Positions 1-9,718 of a stretch of 64,000 nucleotides of DNA are shown here, one piece after another. Positions within the stretch are counted from its first letter, which is position 1; each line of letters starts with the position of its first letter. The notes beneath the pieces are model-generated. The model was not told where the DNA came from. It ran no database searches and saw only the letters and a program-made list of their open reading frames with translations. The position numbers and the translations under genes are program-made. Source of the stretch: Thermoanaerobaculia bacterium (GTDB lineage: Bacteria; Acidobacteriota; Thermoanaerobaculia; UBA5066; Gp7-AA6); contig DATIBN010000033.1 in NCBI GenBank assembly GCA_035457525.1, positions 1,061-65,060 on the forward strand, in the 5' to 3' direction.

Positions 1-1098
1 GGCGCGCAGTCGTAGGCGGAGTTCCACAGACCGAGGAAGCTGCAGACGAACGCATTGCTTGCGATCTCCTCGTACCCGTGATCGGCGAGCGCCTCGCTAT
101 TGGAGAGAAGGACGATCGAGACGTTCCTCTCCGGTACCTTGAGATACACCGCAGAGAACCCGGTGCCCCAATGGCCGTAGTGCCAGACCAGTTTGTTCCC
201 GTGGTAGTCCGTGACGAACCAGCCGAATCCGTAGGGGAGGCGTTGGCCGGCGTTCGACACGAAAGGCGTCCAGGCTTTTTCCTGTGTCTCCTTCTTCAGA
301 AACAGGTGCCGATCGAGGGCGACGTCATATCTGGCGAGGTCCCGGACCGTCGACAGAAACCCCGCAGCCGCACTGAAGGAGTCTCTGGGCGGATAGGAGT
401 CGTGAACGGTTTCGCCAGCGCCGTAATAGGTGTAAGGCTGAGCGAGTCTCTCCAGGCTCGCTTTGAAGCGATCGAGGCGTTCCTTCCCCAGCGAACCGAT
501 CCACCTTTCCGAATCGACCACGACGTTGTGGTACGGAACGCTGCTCGACATCCCCAGCGGGTCGAAGAAGGTCTCGACGGCGACATTGAGGAACGGCTTG
601 CCAAACTTCTTCTCGATCACTGCCGTCAGGTGGTCGAAGTTGTTGCCGTCGTACTGGAAGCGCTCTCCGGGCACTCCGGCCGAAGTATGGCTGAGAAGGT
701 GTTTGATCTTGACCGACTCATCCTTGAAGTCGCTCGAGTAGCGGGAGGCCGGCTCGTCGAGGTCGAGCTTCCCCTGCTCGACGAGCTGCATGATCAGCGT
801 CGCGCCGAACGTCTTGGTCAGCGACGCGATGGAGTACAAGGTGTCCGGCGTTGCGGGAATGCGATTCTCCACGTCGGCGAAACCGAATCCGCGGATCCAG
901 AGGATCTTCTGATTCTCGAGAATGACGACAGAGAGTGCGGGAATCTTGAGGCGCGACCGAAGAACGTCGACTCGTTTCTCGAAACTCCTCAGCCGTTTCT
1001 TTTCTGCCGGCGACTGAGAGAACGACACGTTTGCGTTGAACAGCAGAGCCAGGCCAATGACGCACCGGGTAAGCACACGGAGGTGCTTGAGGATCATC
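1..1098 (-). CDS. serine hydrolase / beta-lactamase (class C-like) family protein, 3' end beyond window
   Basis: Own translation of minus strand from ATG at 1098: MILKHLRVLTRCVIGLALLFNANVSFSQS (signal peptide) then ...LYSIASLTKTF... (SxxK motif) and ...HYGHWGTGFS... Partial ORF, so not in the track. Confidence 0.75.
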
Positions 1099-1315
1099 AC
1101 CGTTTCCTCCAGGCCGTTAGACGACCGCAAAAGCGGCGAGTTAGCAGCGGACGCCGAGGGCGCCCGGCCGGTCGAGGACGTGCGAGTAAGTTATTGTGTC
1201 TTCACGTCCTTATAACCCAGGAGGTCCCGGGTCGTCCAAACGTCACGTCGCGAGCGATCGAGAGCTCCGCCGAGGGCTTGAGTGCCGGGGAAGCGCGCCG
1301 CTCGGAGTCGGTCGG

Positions 1316-1861
1316 TTACGGGCTCGAGAGGGCGACCGACTTCTCCCACCAGGGCGACGGCGGGATCGCGTCCGCCCGGCGGCGGGGCGCGAAACCGAGG
1401 CTCGTCAGACGCTCCACGAGCGCCGCGGCCGCCCGCGGGACGGCCTCCTGCACGGCAGGGGAGAGGCCGACGCCCATTTCGACCGCTCCCGGCACGACCC
1501 CGACGAGCGCGACGTCTTCCGGGGCGGAGCCGGCGAGGGTCAGGGCGAAGAGGACCTCCTTCAGTCCGGGATCATGCGGCGAGAGTCGAGGCTCGGCCGG
1601 CCGCGCGAGAAGCTGTTCGCGCTCGTACACGCGGATCCGGCCGGGCGGGCCGTCGGACTTCACCGTGTCCACGATCAGGATGGCGTCGGCGCCGCCGACG
1701 TAGGGGACGAGGTCGAGGCCGGGTGTCCCGACGTCCACGACCTCGACGTTCTCCGGGAACTCCCAGTTCGCGAGGAGCTCCTCGATCACCCAGGGGCCGA
1801 CGGCGTCGTCCCCCATCAGGACGTTGCCCAGTCCGAGGACTCGGACCTTCGGAAGGGCCAC
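1316..1861 (-). CDS. hybD: hydrogenase maturation (C-terminal processing) protease
   Basis: GLGNVLMGDDAVGPWV N-terminus is typical of HyaD/HybD endopeptidases. Lies 8 nt downstream of the large subunit. Confidence 0.85.
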   Translation of the reverse strand: MALPKVRVLGLGNVLMGDDAVGPWVIEELLANWEFPENVEVVDVGTPGLDLVPYVGGADAILIVDTVKSDGPPGRIRVYEREQLLARPAEPRLSPHDPGLKEVLFALTLAGSAPEDVALVGVVPGAVEMGVGLSPAVQEAVPRAAAALVERLTSLGFAPRRRADAIPPSPWWEKSVALSSP

Positions 1862-1868
1862 GGCTCTC

Positions 1869-3569
1869 CTACAGCGCCTTGACGCGGGCGATCTCCCGGC
1901 CCTCGGGGTCGAGCGTGTGGATCGCGCACGCGAGGCAAGGGTCGAACGAGTGGATGGTGCGCAGGACCTCGAGAGGCCTCTCCGCGTCGGCGACGGGATT
2001 CCCGACGAGCGACGCCTCGTACGGCCCCGGCTGGTTCTTCTCGTCCCGGGGTCCGGCGTTCCAGGTGGAGGGCACGACCGCCTGGTAGTTCTTGATCTTG
2101 CCGTTCTCGATGACGACCCAGTGCGAGAGGGTGCCGCGCGGCGCCTCGTGGAAGCCGAACCCGCGCTGCTCGCCCTTCGGAAAGACCGGCTGGTTGAAGA
2201 TCGTCGTGTCCCCCTTGCCGATGTTGTCCGCGAGCAGCTTCCAGTGCTTGAGCGCGAGCTCCGAGATGACCGCGGTGCGGATCATGCGCGCCGCGTGGCG
2301 GCCGAGCGTCGAGTGGAGCACGGCGGGCGTCAGCGTCGTCTTCGCCACCGCGCCGGCGGTGGCCAGCGTCTTGCCGGCCCAGCGCTTCGTCGGCTCGTGG
2401 CCGAGCGCGTAGGCGACCAGCACCTCCGCGAGCGGTCCGACCTGCATGACCTTCCCCTGGAAGCGCGGAGCCTTCACCCACGAGTACTTCTTCGAGTCGT
2501 CGTACTTCGTGTACTTGGGGACGGTGTCCTCTTCGTAGGGGTGCTTCGTCCAGTCCCCGTCGTACCAGGCGTGGGCGATCGACTCGGTGACGTTCTCCTT
2601 GAAGTAGGCGTCGTCGAAGGACTTGATCTCCCGGACGTTCGCGAGATCCCCGTTGAAGATCGTGCCGCCCGGCATGTCGAACTTGGTGCCCTTGCCGTCG
2701 AGCGGGAAGTCCGGCACCGCCAGGTAGTTCGTGACGCCGGCGCCGTATCCGAGCCACTCCGGGTACATCCCGGCGACCGCGCAGACGTCCACGAAGTAGA
2801 CCTGCTCGATGAAGGCTCCCATCTCGTCCAGGATGTCTTTCACCATGTAGAGCTTGTTCATGTTGAGCGTGGCCTCGTTGTCGAGGTTGATGGCGTTGGC
2901 CACGCCGCCCACGGCGAGGTTCTGGATGTTGGGGGTCTTCGCGCCCAGGATCGCGACGACCTGGTTGACCTTTCTCTGGTACTCGAGCGCCTGAAGGTAG
3001 TGCGAGACCGCCAGCAGGTTGACCTCCGGCGGGAGCTTCATCGCCGAGTGACCCCAGTATCCGTTGGCGAAGATCCCGAGCTGGCCGGCGTCGACGAAGC
3101 TCTTCAGCTTCTCCTTCACGCCCGCGAGCGCAAGCCGGTTGTTGTGCGGCCAGGGGGAGAGGCTCTCGGCGAGGTCGGCAGTCTTCGCCGGATCCGCCTT
3201 CAACGCGGAGACCACGTCCACCCAGTCGAGCGCGGAGAGCTGGTAGAAGTGGACGATGTGGTCGTGCATCGCGTGCGCGGCCACGATCAGGTTGCGGATG
3301 TACTGAGCGTTCAGCGGGACCTCGAGGTCGAGCGCGTTTTCCACCGCGCGGACCGACGCGATCGCGTGCACCGTGGTGCACACTCCGCAGAACCTCTGGG
3401 TGAAGAGCCAGGCGTCCCGGGGATCGCGGCCGAGAAGGATCGTCTCGATTCCGCGGAACATCTGTCCGGAAGACCAGGCCTTCTGGACCTTGCCTCCGTC
3501 CACCTCGACGTCGATTCGGAGGTGACCCTCGATGCGGGTGACTGGGTCGACGGTTATGCGTCTGGCCAT
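1869..3569 (-). CDS. hybC: [NiFe] hydrogenase large subunit (group 1, membrane-bound uptake)
   Basis: N-terminal RIEGH...RFCGVC and C-terminal DPCLACAIH Ni-binding motifs, with a short C-terminal extension for proteolytic maturation. 566 aa. Confidence 0.95.
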   Translation of the reverse strand: MARRITVDPVTRIEGHLRIDVEVDGGKVQKAWSSGQMFRGIETILLGRDPRDAWLFTQRFCGVCTTVHAIASVRAVENALDLEVPLNAQYIRNLIVAAHAMHDHIVHFYQLSALDWVDVVSALKADPAKTADLAESLSPWPHNNRLALAGVKEKLKSFVDAGQLGIFANGYWGHSAMKLPPEVNLLAVSHYLQALEYQRKVNQVVAILGAKTPNIQNLAVGGVANAINLDNEATLNMNKLYMVKDILDEMGAFIEQVYFVDVCAVAGMYPEWLGYGAGVTNYLAVPDFPLDGKGTKFDMPGGTIFNGDLANVREIKSFDDAYFKENVTESIAHAWYDGDWTKHPYEEDTVPKYTKYDDSKKYSWVKAPRFQGKVMQVGPLAEVLVAYALGHEPTKRWAGKTLATAGAVAKTTLTPAVLHSTLGRHAARMIRTAVISELALKHWKLLADNIGKGDTTIFNQPVFPKGEQRGFGFHEAPRGTLSHWVVIENGKIKNYQAVVPSTWNAGPRDEKNQPGPYEASLVGNPVADAERPLEVLRTIHSFDPCLACAIHTLDPEGREIARVKAL

Positions 3570-3572
3570 GGT

Positions 3573-4775
3573 CTATCTCTCCCTCCGGGAGCGCACGCGG
3601 ACCTCCGCGGGCGCGCTCCCGCTCAGAATGGGGAACGTCTTCACGATGACGATGTACGCGATGATCTCCAGGGCGATGAGGCCCACGGTGATCAGGAACT
3701 CGGGCACGCTGGGGAAGTAGTGAACGTCGTCGGCCGGGCGGTACGCGACCAGGTACGTGTTGAAGCGGTACAGGCCTCCGGCGAGCATCATGAGCATCGC
3801 CGCGCGGAAGAGGTTGCCCGGGGCGCGCCGGGCCTGCCGCGACGCGAGGAGGAAGAGGGGCGCGATCATCAACGCGATCTCCACCCAGAAGGACACGGCG
3901 AACCGGTTGGCGACGAACGCCTGGCGGATCTGTCCTCGGACGACGAGGTCGCCGATCCGCAGCAGGAGAAACGCCGCGAGGACCGGCAGCATCGCGCCGG
4001 AGAGGCCGGCGAGCATTTCCGTTTCGGGACGGCGTCGGAAGAACATGGTCGAGAGGCTCGACTCGAACACGACCGCCGCGTAACCCATCGCGATGCTCGA
4101 GACGAGGAAGAGGAGCGGCAGGAGCGGGGTCTGCCAGAGCGGGTGGAGCTTCGGCCCCGTCAGCAGGATCAGGCTGCCGAGCGAGGACTGGTGCATCGTC
4201 GGCAGCAGCATCCCGAGCGCGATGATCCAGATGAGGTAGCGCTCGATGATCGGGTGCGCTTTCGCCGAGAACCGCTGGAGCTTTCCTTCCGGCCCGGCTT
4301 TCCAGCGCTCCAGGAAAGCGGGCGAGAGCTCGATCCAGAGCACGAAGACGTACGCCATGATGCAGAGCGCGACCTCGAGGAGCGCGGAGTTCAGGTTCCA
4401 GGACCAGAAGAAGAGAGGAACCTTCCAGACCTGCCACGGCCGCCCGATGTCGAGCACCACCGAGATGCCCGCCATCGTGTAGCCGAGCGCGCTCGTCAGG
4501 ATCGCGGACCGCACGAGCGGGTGGTACTTCCCCTTGTTGAAGATGTACACCAGGATCGCCATCGCGTATCCGCCGCAGGCGAAGGCGGTGCCGGTGACGA
4601 CGTCGAAAGCGATCCAGAGACCCCAGGGATAGCCGTCGGACAGGGCCGTCGTCGCCCCGAGGCCGGCGACGAGCCGCCACAGGATGAGCGCGGCCCCGAG
4701 AGCGAAAATGACGAAGAGGATTCGGAAGGGGCGCGTCACGATGGGACCGCCCAGAGGTTCGGCTCGGGCGCTCAC
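3573..4775 (-). CDS. hybB: hydrogenase membrane anchor subunit (NrfD/PsrC-like, HybB-type)
   Basis: About 400-aa polytopic membrane protein. GTG start overlaps the HybA stop (GTGA). The track ORF 3573..5756 is the same frame run on through a high-GC artifact. Confidence 0.8.
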   Translation of the reverse strand: MSARAEPLGGPIVTRPFRILFVIFALGAALILWRLVAGLGATTALSDGYPWGLWIAFDVVTGTAFACGGYAMAILVYIFNKGKYHPLVRSAILTSALGYTMAGISVVLDIGRPWQVWKVPLFFWSWNLNSALLEVALCIMAYVFVLWIELSPAFLERWKAGPEGKLQRFSAKAHPIIERYLIWIIALGMLLPTMHQSSLGSLILLTGPKLHPLWQTPLLPLLFLVSSIAMGYAAVVFESSLSTMFFRRRPETEMLAGLSGAMLPVLAAFLLLRIGDLVVRGQIRQAFVANRFAVSFWVEIALMIAPLFLLASRQARRAPGNLFRAAMLMMLAGGLYRFNTYLVAYRPADDVHYFPSVPEFLITVGLIALEIIAYIVIVKTFPILSGSAPAEVRVRSRRER

Positions 4776-5713
4776 GATTCGCCTCCCTTCTCGGAACCCT
4801 GTCCCTCGACCGCGGACTTGCGCCGATTCCGCCAGAGGACGGCGCCGAGGACTCCGTAGAGCGCGATCGGAGCGATGAAGCCCTGGTAGATGCCGTGCTG
4901 GATCGTCCGCTGCTGATCGGGGATGGCGCGGTCGGAAAGCGTCGGAAGACCGATCTTGTCGAACGGCACGTGCGAGAGGTACAGGACCTGGGTGCCGCCG
5001 CCGTCCGTCTCGCCGTAGATCTTCGGCACGTAGCGGTCCGGGTTTTCCTTCATTCGGCGGCGCGCCTCGTGGAGCAGCTCGTCGCGCGTCCCGTAGATCA
5101 CGGCCTCGCGCGGGCAGACCTCGCAGCAGGCCGGTCCTTTTCCTTTCGCATACCGGGTGAAGCCGCCGCTCGTCGCGAGCGTCGCCCCGACCGCACGGTG
5201 CCGGCAGAGCTCGCACTTGACGATCTTGGGCGCGGCCGACTTCCACTCGAACTTCGGGACGTTGAACGGACACGCCATCTGGCAATAGCGGCAGCCGACG
5301 CAGTGGCTCGCGTCGTATTCGACGATCCCGTGCGCCTTCTTCTTCAGCGCGCCGATCATGCACGCGTTGGTGCACGCGGGGTCGACGCAGTGCATGCACT
5401 GCGCCTTGACGTACGAGCGGTGCGGGCCGTCGCGGTAGAGCTTGATGACGTTCTTGGTCTGTCCGTTCAGGTCCGTCGGAGCCTGATACAACCCGCCTTC
5501 GAAGTAGTCCGTGTCGGGGGTGAGGTTGTTCGCTTCCCGGCACGCGACGACGCAGGCCTTGCACCCGATGCAGCGGGTCGTGTCGTAGAGCATTCCGAGG
5601 GCGTCGGGCGGAGCGGTGCGCGGCGCGCGGGCCAGCGCCGGCGCGGTTCCCGCCGCGACGGCGGCGCCGGTCGCCGCGACGGTCTTGAAGAGGGCGCGTC
5701 GATCGACAGCCAT
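4772..5713 (-). CDS. hybA: hydrogenase 4Fe-4S ferredoxin-type electron-transfer subunit (HybA-like)
   Basis: Tat-like N-terminus (RRALFKTVAATGAAVAAG). Multiple CxxCxxCxxxCP ferredoxin motifs. C-terminal TM helix. Confidence 0.85.
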   Translation of the reverse strand: MAVDRRALFKTVAATGAAVAAGTAPALARAPRTAPPDALGMLYDTTRCIGCKACVVACREANNLTPDTDYFEGGLYQAPTDLNGQTKNVIKLYRDGPHRSYVKAQCMHCVDPACTNACMIGALKKKAHGIVEYDASHCVGCRYCQMACPFNVPKFEWKSAAPKIVKCELCRHRAVGATLATSGGFTRYAKGKGPACCEVCPREAVIYGTRDELLHEARRRMKENPDRYVPKIYGETDGGGTQVLYLSHVPFDKIGLPTLSDRAIPDQQRTIQHGIYQGFIAPIALYGVLGAVLWRNRRKSAVEGQGSEKGGES

Positions 5714-5715
5714 GG

Positions 5716-6861
5716 TCAGCTCTCCTTTCCGGTCCCGGTGACGTCGGGCGGCTCACTCCGATCGAGTTTGCGCGACGCCATCACGCCCGCAGTGACGAGA
5801 GCGCCACCGACCAGACCGGCGATCCCGGTCGCGACCGGGCTCACGCGCCCCTGGCGCGCCTGGATCGGCGGATACGTGTCGGGCCCCGTCGGCCGCTCGA
5901 TGTCCACGGTGTCGTGGAGAGCGACTCGGAACGCGAGCTTCTGCTCGGTGCAGCCGAAGCAGGGGTGCCCGAGGCCGATCGGCCAGGCGTCGACCACTTC
6001 GCCGAAGTGGAGCGTCGAGCAGTTCGCGTAGGTGGACGGTCCCTTGCAGCCGAGCTTGTAGAGGCAGTAGCCGAGCCGGTGCCCTTCGTCGCCGAACTTT
6101 TCGGCGAAGCGGCCCGCGTCGAAGTGCGCGCGGCGCGGGCAGTGCTCGTGAATCGTCCGCCCGTAGGCGAACTTCGGCCTTCCCTTGTCGTCGAGCTCCG
6201 GAAGCGTCCCGAACGTTGCGTACTGGAGAACGGTGCCGAGGAGGTTGTACGGGTTGGCGGGGCAGCCCGGGATCGTCACGACGGTCTTGCCCTTGAGAAC
6301 CATGGGTGCCCCCGTCGCGCCGGTCGGGTTCGGGTCCGCGGACGGGATCCCTCCCCAGGAGGCGCAGGATCCGATTGCGACGATCGCGCCGGCGTCCTTC
6401 GCCACGTCGTTGACGATTTCGAGCGCCGTGCGGCCGCCGATCATGCAGTAGATCCCGTCGTCCTTCGTGGGGATCGCGCCCTCGATCACGCAGACGTACT
6501 TCCCCTTGTTCTCCGTCATCGCGGTCTTGAGCACGGCCTCGGCCTGGTGTCCCGCGGCGGCGAGCAGCGTCTCGCAGTAGTCGAGCGACACGAGATCGAG
6601 GATCAGCTCGGAGACGGCGGGATGTGACGTCCGGAGGAGCGACTCCGTGCAGCCGGTGCACTCCTGGAAGTGGAGCCAGATGACCGAAGGTTTCAGTTTC
6701 TTCTTGACGACGGCCTGGGCGATCTCGGCTGCGGCCGAGAACGGGATTCCGACGGCGGCGAGAGCCAGGGTGCAGACCCGGATGAAATCGCGGCGATCCA
6801 CGGAGGACTTTCCGGCCGGTCGGATGCGATTGCCGACGGCGCTCGACGACTGCATAAACAA
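5716..6861 (-). CDS. hybO: [NiFe] hydrogenase small subunit
   Basis: Twin-arginine signal (VDRRDFIRVCTL). Conserved Cys clusters (CTGCTES, GCPANP, CxxC). 381 aa. Confidence 0.9.
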   Translation of the reverse strand: MFMQSSSAVGNRIRPAGKSSVDRRDFIRVCTLALAAVGIPFSAAAEIAQAVVKKKLKPSVIWLHFQECTGCTESLLRTSHPAVSELILDLVSLDYCETLLAAAGHQAEAVLKTAMTENKGKYVCVIEGAIPTKDDGIYCMIGGRTALEIVNDVAKDAGAIVAIGSCASWGGIPSADPNPTGATGAPMVLKGKTVVTIPGCPANPYNLLGTVLQYATFGTLPELDDKGRPKFAYGRTIHEHCPRRAHFDAGRFAEKFGDEGHRLGYCLYKLGCKGPSTYANCSTLHFGEVVDAWPIGLGHPCFGCTEQKLAFRVALHDTVDIERPTGPDTYPPIQARQGRVSPVATGIAGLVGGALVTAGVMASRKLDRSEPPDVTGTGKES

Positions 6862-6994
6862 CCTCCTGTCAGGGACCGTTCAGGCGAAGGATCAATGTGC
6901 GAATGGCGGCCCCTATGCTTCAAATGCATCATTTGAGTGATCTGGAGCATTTGCATCAGGCCGCCGTTTCCGACCCGATCCGATACTCGCTCTC

Positions 6995-7351
6995 GTGCAC
7001 GAGCTCGGACTGGCCGCCGAGATCTTCCGGATCGCGCGCGAGACCGTGGACGCGCGCGGAGGCGGGCGACTCGAGTCCGTCACGGTCGTCGTCGGCGACC
7101 TCGCCGCCGTCGAACCGGATCTCCTCGAGTTCGCGTGGAAGGCCACCGTCTCCGGCGGTCTCGACGACGGCGCGAAGTTGAACGTCGACTGGCGGCCGGC
7201 GCGGCAGCTCTGTTCTTCCTGCGGCGACGTGCCCGAGCGCGCCGAGGGTTCGTGGCTGCGGCTCTGCCCGCGGTGCAAGCAGCCGCTCCGAGTCGAGGGG
7301 GGAGACGAGCTCGAGGTGCGAACGATGACTTTTTCGGAAGGAGCGGCATGA
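6995..7351 (+). CDS. hypA: hydrogenase nickel incorporation protein HypA
   Basis: MHELGLA N-terminus and CxxC...CxxC zinc motif. Divergent from hybO, with a 134-bp intergenic region. Confidence 0.85.
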   Translation: MHELGLAAEIFRIARETVDARGGGRLESVTVVVGDLAAVEPDLLEFAWKATVSGGLDDGAKLNVDWRPARQLCSSCGDVPERAEGSWLRLCPRCKQPLRVEGGDELEVRTMTFSEGAA

Positions 7352-8040
7352 CCGAGATCGACGTCAAGAGAAAGGTCCTCGAGGCGAACGCGAGCGCCGC
7401 CCGGTCGCTCAAGGAGACGTTCCGCGCGTCGGGCACTCTCGTCGTCAACCTCATCTCGTCTCCCGGATCGGGCAAGACGACTCTCCTGGAGGCGACCGCC
7501 CGGACGTTGAAAAACCGCTTCCGTCTCGGGGGACTCGACGGAGACATCGCGACGGAGCGCGACGCCGAGCGGCTGCAGCGCGCGGGCATTCCGGCGCGGC
7601 AGATCCTGACGGGCGGCGCGTGCCACCTGGACGCCCGGCAGGTCGAGAAGGCGCTCGCCGAAGAGGGGTCGCGGCTCGCCGGCCTCGACGCGCTCTTCAT
7701 CGAGAACGTCGGGAACCTGATCTGCCCGACCTCCTACGACCTGGGGGAGGACTTCAAGGTGGTGCTGCTGTCCGTGGTGGAGGGGGACGACAAGCCCTTC
7801 AAGTATCCGGCGATCTTTTCGCGCGCGGCGTTCACGGTCGTCACCAAGTGCGACCTGCTGCCGCACGTGGACTTCGACCTTTCCGCCGTCCGGGAGCAGG
7901 TTGCCGCGCTGAATCCCTCGGCGGGTTTCCTGGTGGTTTCCGCGCGAAGCGGCCAAGGAATGGATGCCTGGTATTCGCTGCTCGAAGAGAAGATCGCGTG
8001 GAAGCGCGAAGCGCCCGCAGCGGCTCTCGTGGCTCCATGA
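7348..8040 (+). CDS. hypB: hydrogenase nickel incorporation GTPase HypB
   Basis: GSGKTTLLE P-loop, CH metal site and ENVGNLICP motif. ATGA start/stop overlap with hypA. Confidence 0.9.
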   Translation: MTEIDVKRKVLEANASAARSLKETFRASGTLVVNLISSPGSGKTTLLEATARTLKNRFRLGGLDGDIATERDAERLQRAGIPARQILTGGACHLDARQVEKALAEEGSRLAGLDALFIENVGNLICPTSYDLGEDFKVVLLSVVEGDDKPFKYPAIFSRAAFTVVTKCDLLPHVDFDLSAVREQVAALNPSAGFLVVSARSGQGMDAWYSLLEEKIAWKREAPAAALVAP

Positions 8041-8450
8041 GCGAGGCCGAGCCGAACGAGGCGCTGGCCCGCCGCCGTCTTCTGCTGGCGCTCGGCGGAT
8101 GGTTGGGGCTCGCCGCGCTGCCTTCGGCGTGCAGCTCCGAGGCGCCGCCGAAGCCGGGGCAGGTCTCCGTCCCTCTCACCGAGCTCGAAGGAGACCGGCG
8201 CGTCGTGGTCGTCGTCCTCGGGAACCCCGTCGAGGTATCCCGTTCGGGAGACGAGGTCGTGGCCCGTTCGCTCCTCTGTACGCATACCGGCTGCGTCGTG
8301 AAGTGGAAAGAGGACCGGCGCGAGTACCTCTGTCCGTGCCACGAGGGACGTTACGACGCCGACGGACAGGTCATCCAGGGTGCGCCTCCGAAACCGCTCT
8401 CGAGGGTGGCCGTGCGGGTGTCGCAGGGCCGGGCAATCGTGGGAGGCTGA
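8037..8450 (+). CDS. small Rieske [2Fe-2S] domain protein with Tat-like signal
   Basis: CTHTGC ... CPCHEG Rieske boxes. RRRLLLALGGWLGLAAL N-terminus. ATGA overlap with the hypB stop. The track ORF 7620..8450 is the same frame begun from an upstream start. Confidence 0.75.
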   Translation: MSEAEPNEALARRRLLLALGGWLGLAALPSACSSEAPPKPGQVSVPLTELEGDRRVVVVVLGNPVEVSRSGDEVVARSLLCTHTGCVVKWKEDRREYLCPCHEGRYDADGQVIQGAPPKPLSRVAVRVSQGRAIVGG

Positions 8451-8451
8451 C

Positions 8452-9099
8452 ATGGAAGGGCTCTTTCTCGGCCTGGCCGGCGCGGCGATTTCGATCGGAT
8501 CGCTCCACACCGCCGCTCCCGACCACTGGGTACCGTTCGCGGCGCTCTCGCGAGCCCGCGGCTGGACGGCTCGAAAAACGGCGGCGGTCACCCTGCTGTG
8601 CGGGTTCGGCCACGTCACCGTCTCCGCGCTGCTCGGTCTTCTCGGCCTCTTCTTCGGCGTGACGCTGCTCGAGTCGGTCGGCGAGCGGTTGAGCGCCTTC
8701 GCGCCGCTCTTCCTGATCGCGTTCGGCGTCGTCTACGCGCTCTGGGGTTTGAAGCGGGCCGTTGCGCCGCGTCTCCACGGCCATGCGCATGCCCACTACG
8801 ACCACGTCCACGACGAGCCGCGCACGAGCGTCTGGACTCTCTTCCTGCTCTTCTCGGCCGACCCCTGCGTCGCGGTCGTACCGCTGATGTTCGCCGCCGC
8901 CCCGCTCGGCGTGGGCAAGACGGCCGCGGTCGTACTCCTCTACGAGGTCGCGACGCTCGGCACGATGCTCCTCCTGGTGCTGCCGGCGCGGGCGGGGGCC
9001 CGGCTGCTCCGGGCGCCGTGGATGGAACGTTACGGTGACGCGTTCGCCGGCTGCGTGATCGCGGCCATCGGCCTCACGGTCACTCTCTTCGGGATCTGA
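8452..9099 (+). CDS. putative nickel/cobalt transporter (NicO/UreH/HupE-type HX4DH membrane protein)
   Basis: HTAAPDH (HX4DH) signature in TM1. His-rich loop HGHAHAHYDHVH. Multi-TM protein. Context with hypAB. Start at MEGLF, inside track ORF 8380..9099. Confidence 0.65.
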   Translation: MEGLFLGLAGAAISIGSLHTAAPDHWVPFAALSRARGWTARKTAAVTLLCGFGHVTVSALLGLLGLFFGVTLLESVGERLSAFAPLFLIAFGVVYALWGLKRAVAPRLHGHAHAHYDHVHDEPRTSVWTLFLLFSADPCVAVVPLMFAAAPLGVGKTAAVVLLYEVATLGTMLLLVLPARAGARLLRAPWMERYGDAFAGCVIAAIGLTVTLFGI

Positions 9100-9145
9100 G
9101 GACCGTCGCGGCGGTCGGGAACGGCTGCTCGCCGGTGCGGGCGGT

Positions 9146-9586
9146 TCAGAGAGTCAGCGACGGAGCGACCGGCGGTGGGGGCGGTGCAACCACGAACGGA
9201 CGGGCGATGACCTCGACCCGCGGGGGATCGAGCAGGTGCTTCTTGACGCTGCACTGATCCGTCGCGCGGACGATCGCCTCGCGGTACCGCGATGGGAAGT
9301 CGGGCGGCAGCTCGATCTCGATCAGGACGTCCGTGACGCGCCGGACGGCCGGGTCTTTCTCCGCGGTCACCTTCAGCGTCACGTTTTCGGTCGGAATCCC
9401 GCGCGCCTGGCAGAACCGGAGAGCGTAGTAGCCGGCGCAGGTGCCGACCGAGGCCAGGAAGAGGTCGAAGGGGGACGGGGCCGAGCCCTCGCCTCCCACG
9501 GATGGCGGCTGGTCGGTCCGAACGGTGAGGCCGTTGAAGTCCGCCTCCACTGCGAGCCCACCGGGCAAACGGATGTTCATTTCCAT
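9146..9586 (-). CDS. OsmC/Ohr family peroxiredoxin-like protein
   Basis: GTCAGYYALRFCQARG region typical of OsmC. Start taken at MEMNIRL. An alternative ATG at 9634 lies inside the 18-bp palindrome. Confidence 0.7.
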   Translation of the reverse strand: MEMNIRLPGGLAVEADFNGLTVRTDQPPSVGGEGSAPSPFDLFLASVGTCAGYYALRFCQARGIPTENVTLKVTAEKDPAVRRVTDVLIEIELPPDFPSRYREAIVRATDQCSVKKHLLDPPRVEVIARPFVVAPPPPPVAPSLTL

Positions 9587-9619
9587 GCCCCAAGGAGACC
9601 CCCGTCCCGCCTCTCCGGC

Positions 9620-9637
9620 CTGATGCAAGCGCATCAG
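9620..9637. promoter_or_regulatory. 18-bp palindrome CTGATG-N6-CATCAG (copy 1 of 5), putative operator
   Basis: ctgatgcaagcgcatcag. Lies in the divergent region between the OsmC-like and radical-SAM-like genes. Confidence 0.4.
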
Positions 9638-9718
9638 TGCTTTTCCAGGGCATCCGGATGATCTTCGTCATGTGCCCGGGAGGGGCGCGTCGCCACAATC
9701 CGACAGGGAGGCATCGCC

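Noticed and set aside
78-1703. 541-aa + strand ORF at the window start, and similar long ORFs (1816..4680 -, 1824..4859 +, 3573..5756 upstream part, 12206..14737 +, 13176..15095 -, 39925..43632 +, 43466..45655 upstream part, 60597..63527 upstream part)
   Set aside because: Arg/Pro/Gly-rich low-complexity translations typical of alternative frames in ~70% GC DNA. They overlap well-supported genes (beta-lactamase-like, hydrogenase subunits, P-type ATPase, POP, ABC transporter) on the other strand or frame.
8380-8451. Longer start (8380) for the nickel transporter overlapping the Rieske gene
   Set aside because: The ATG at 8452 immediately follows the Rieske stop, and the N-terminal extension MRLRNRSRGWPCGCRR is arginine-rich artifact-like.
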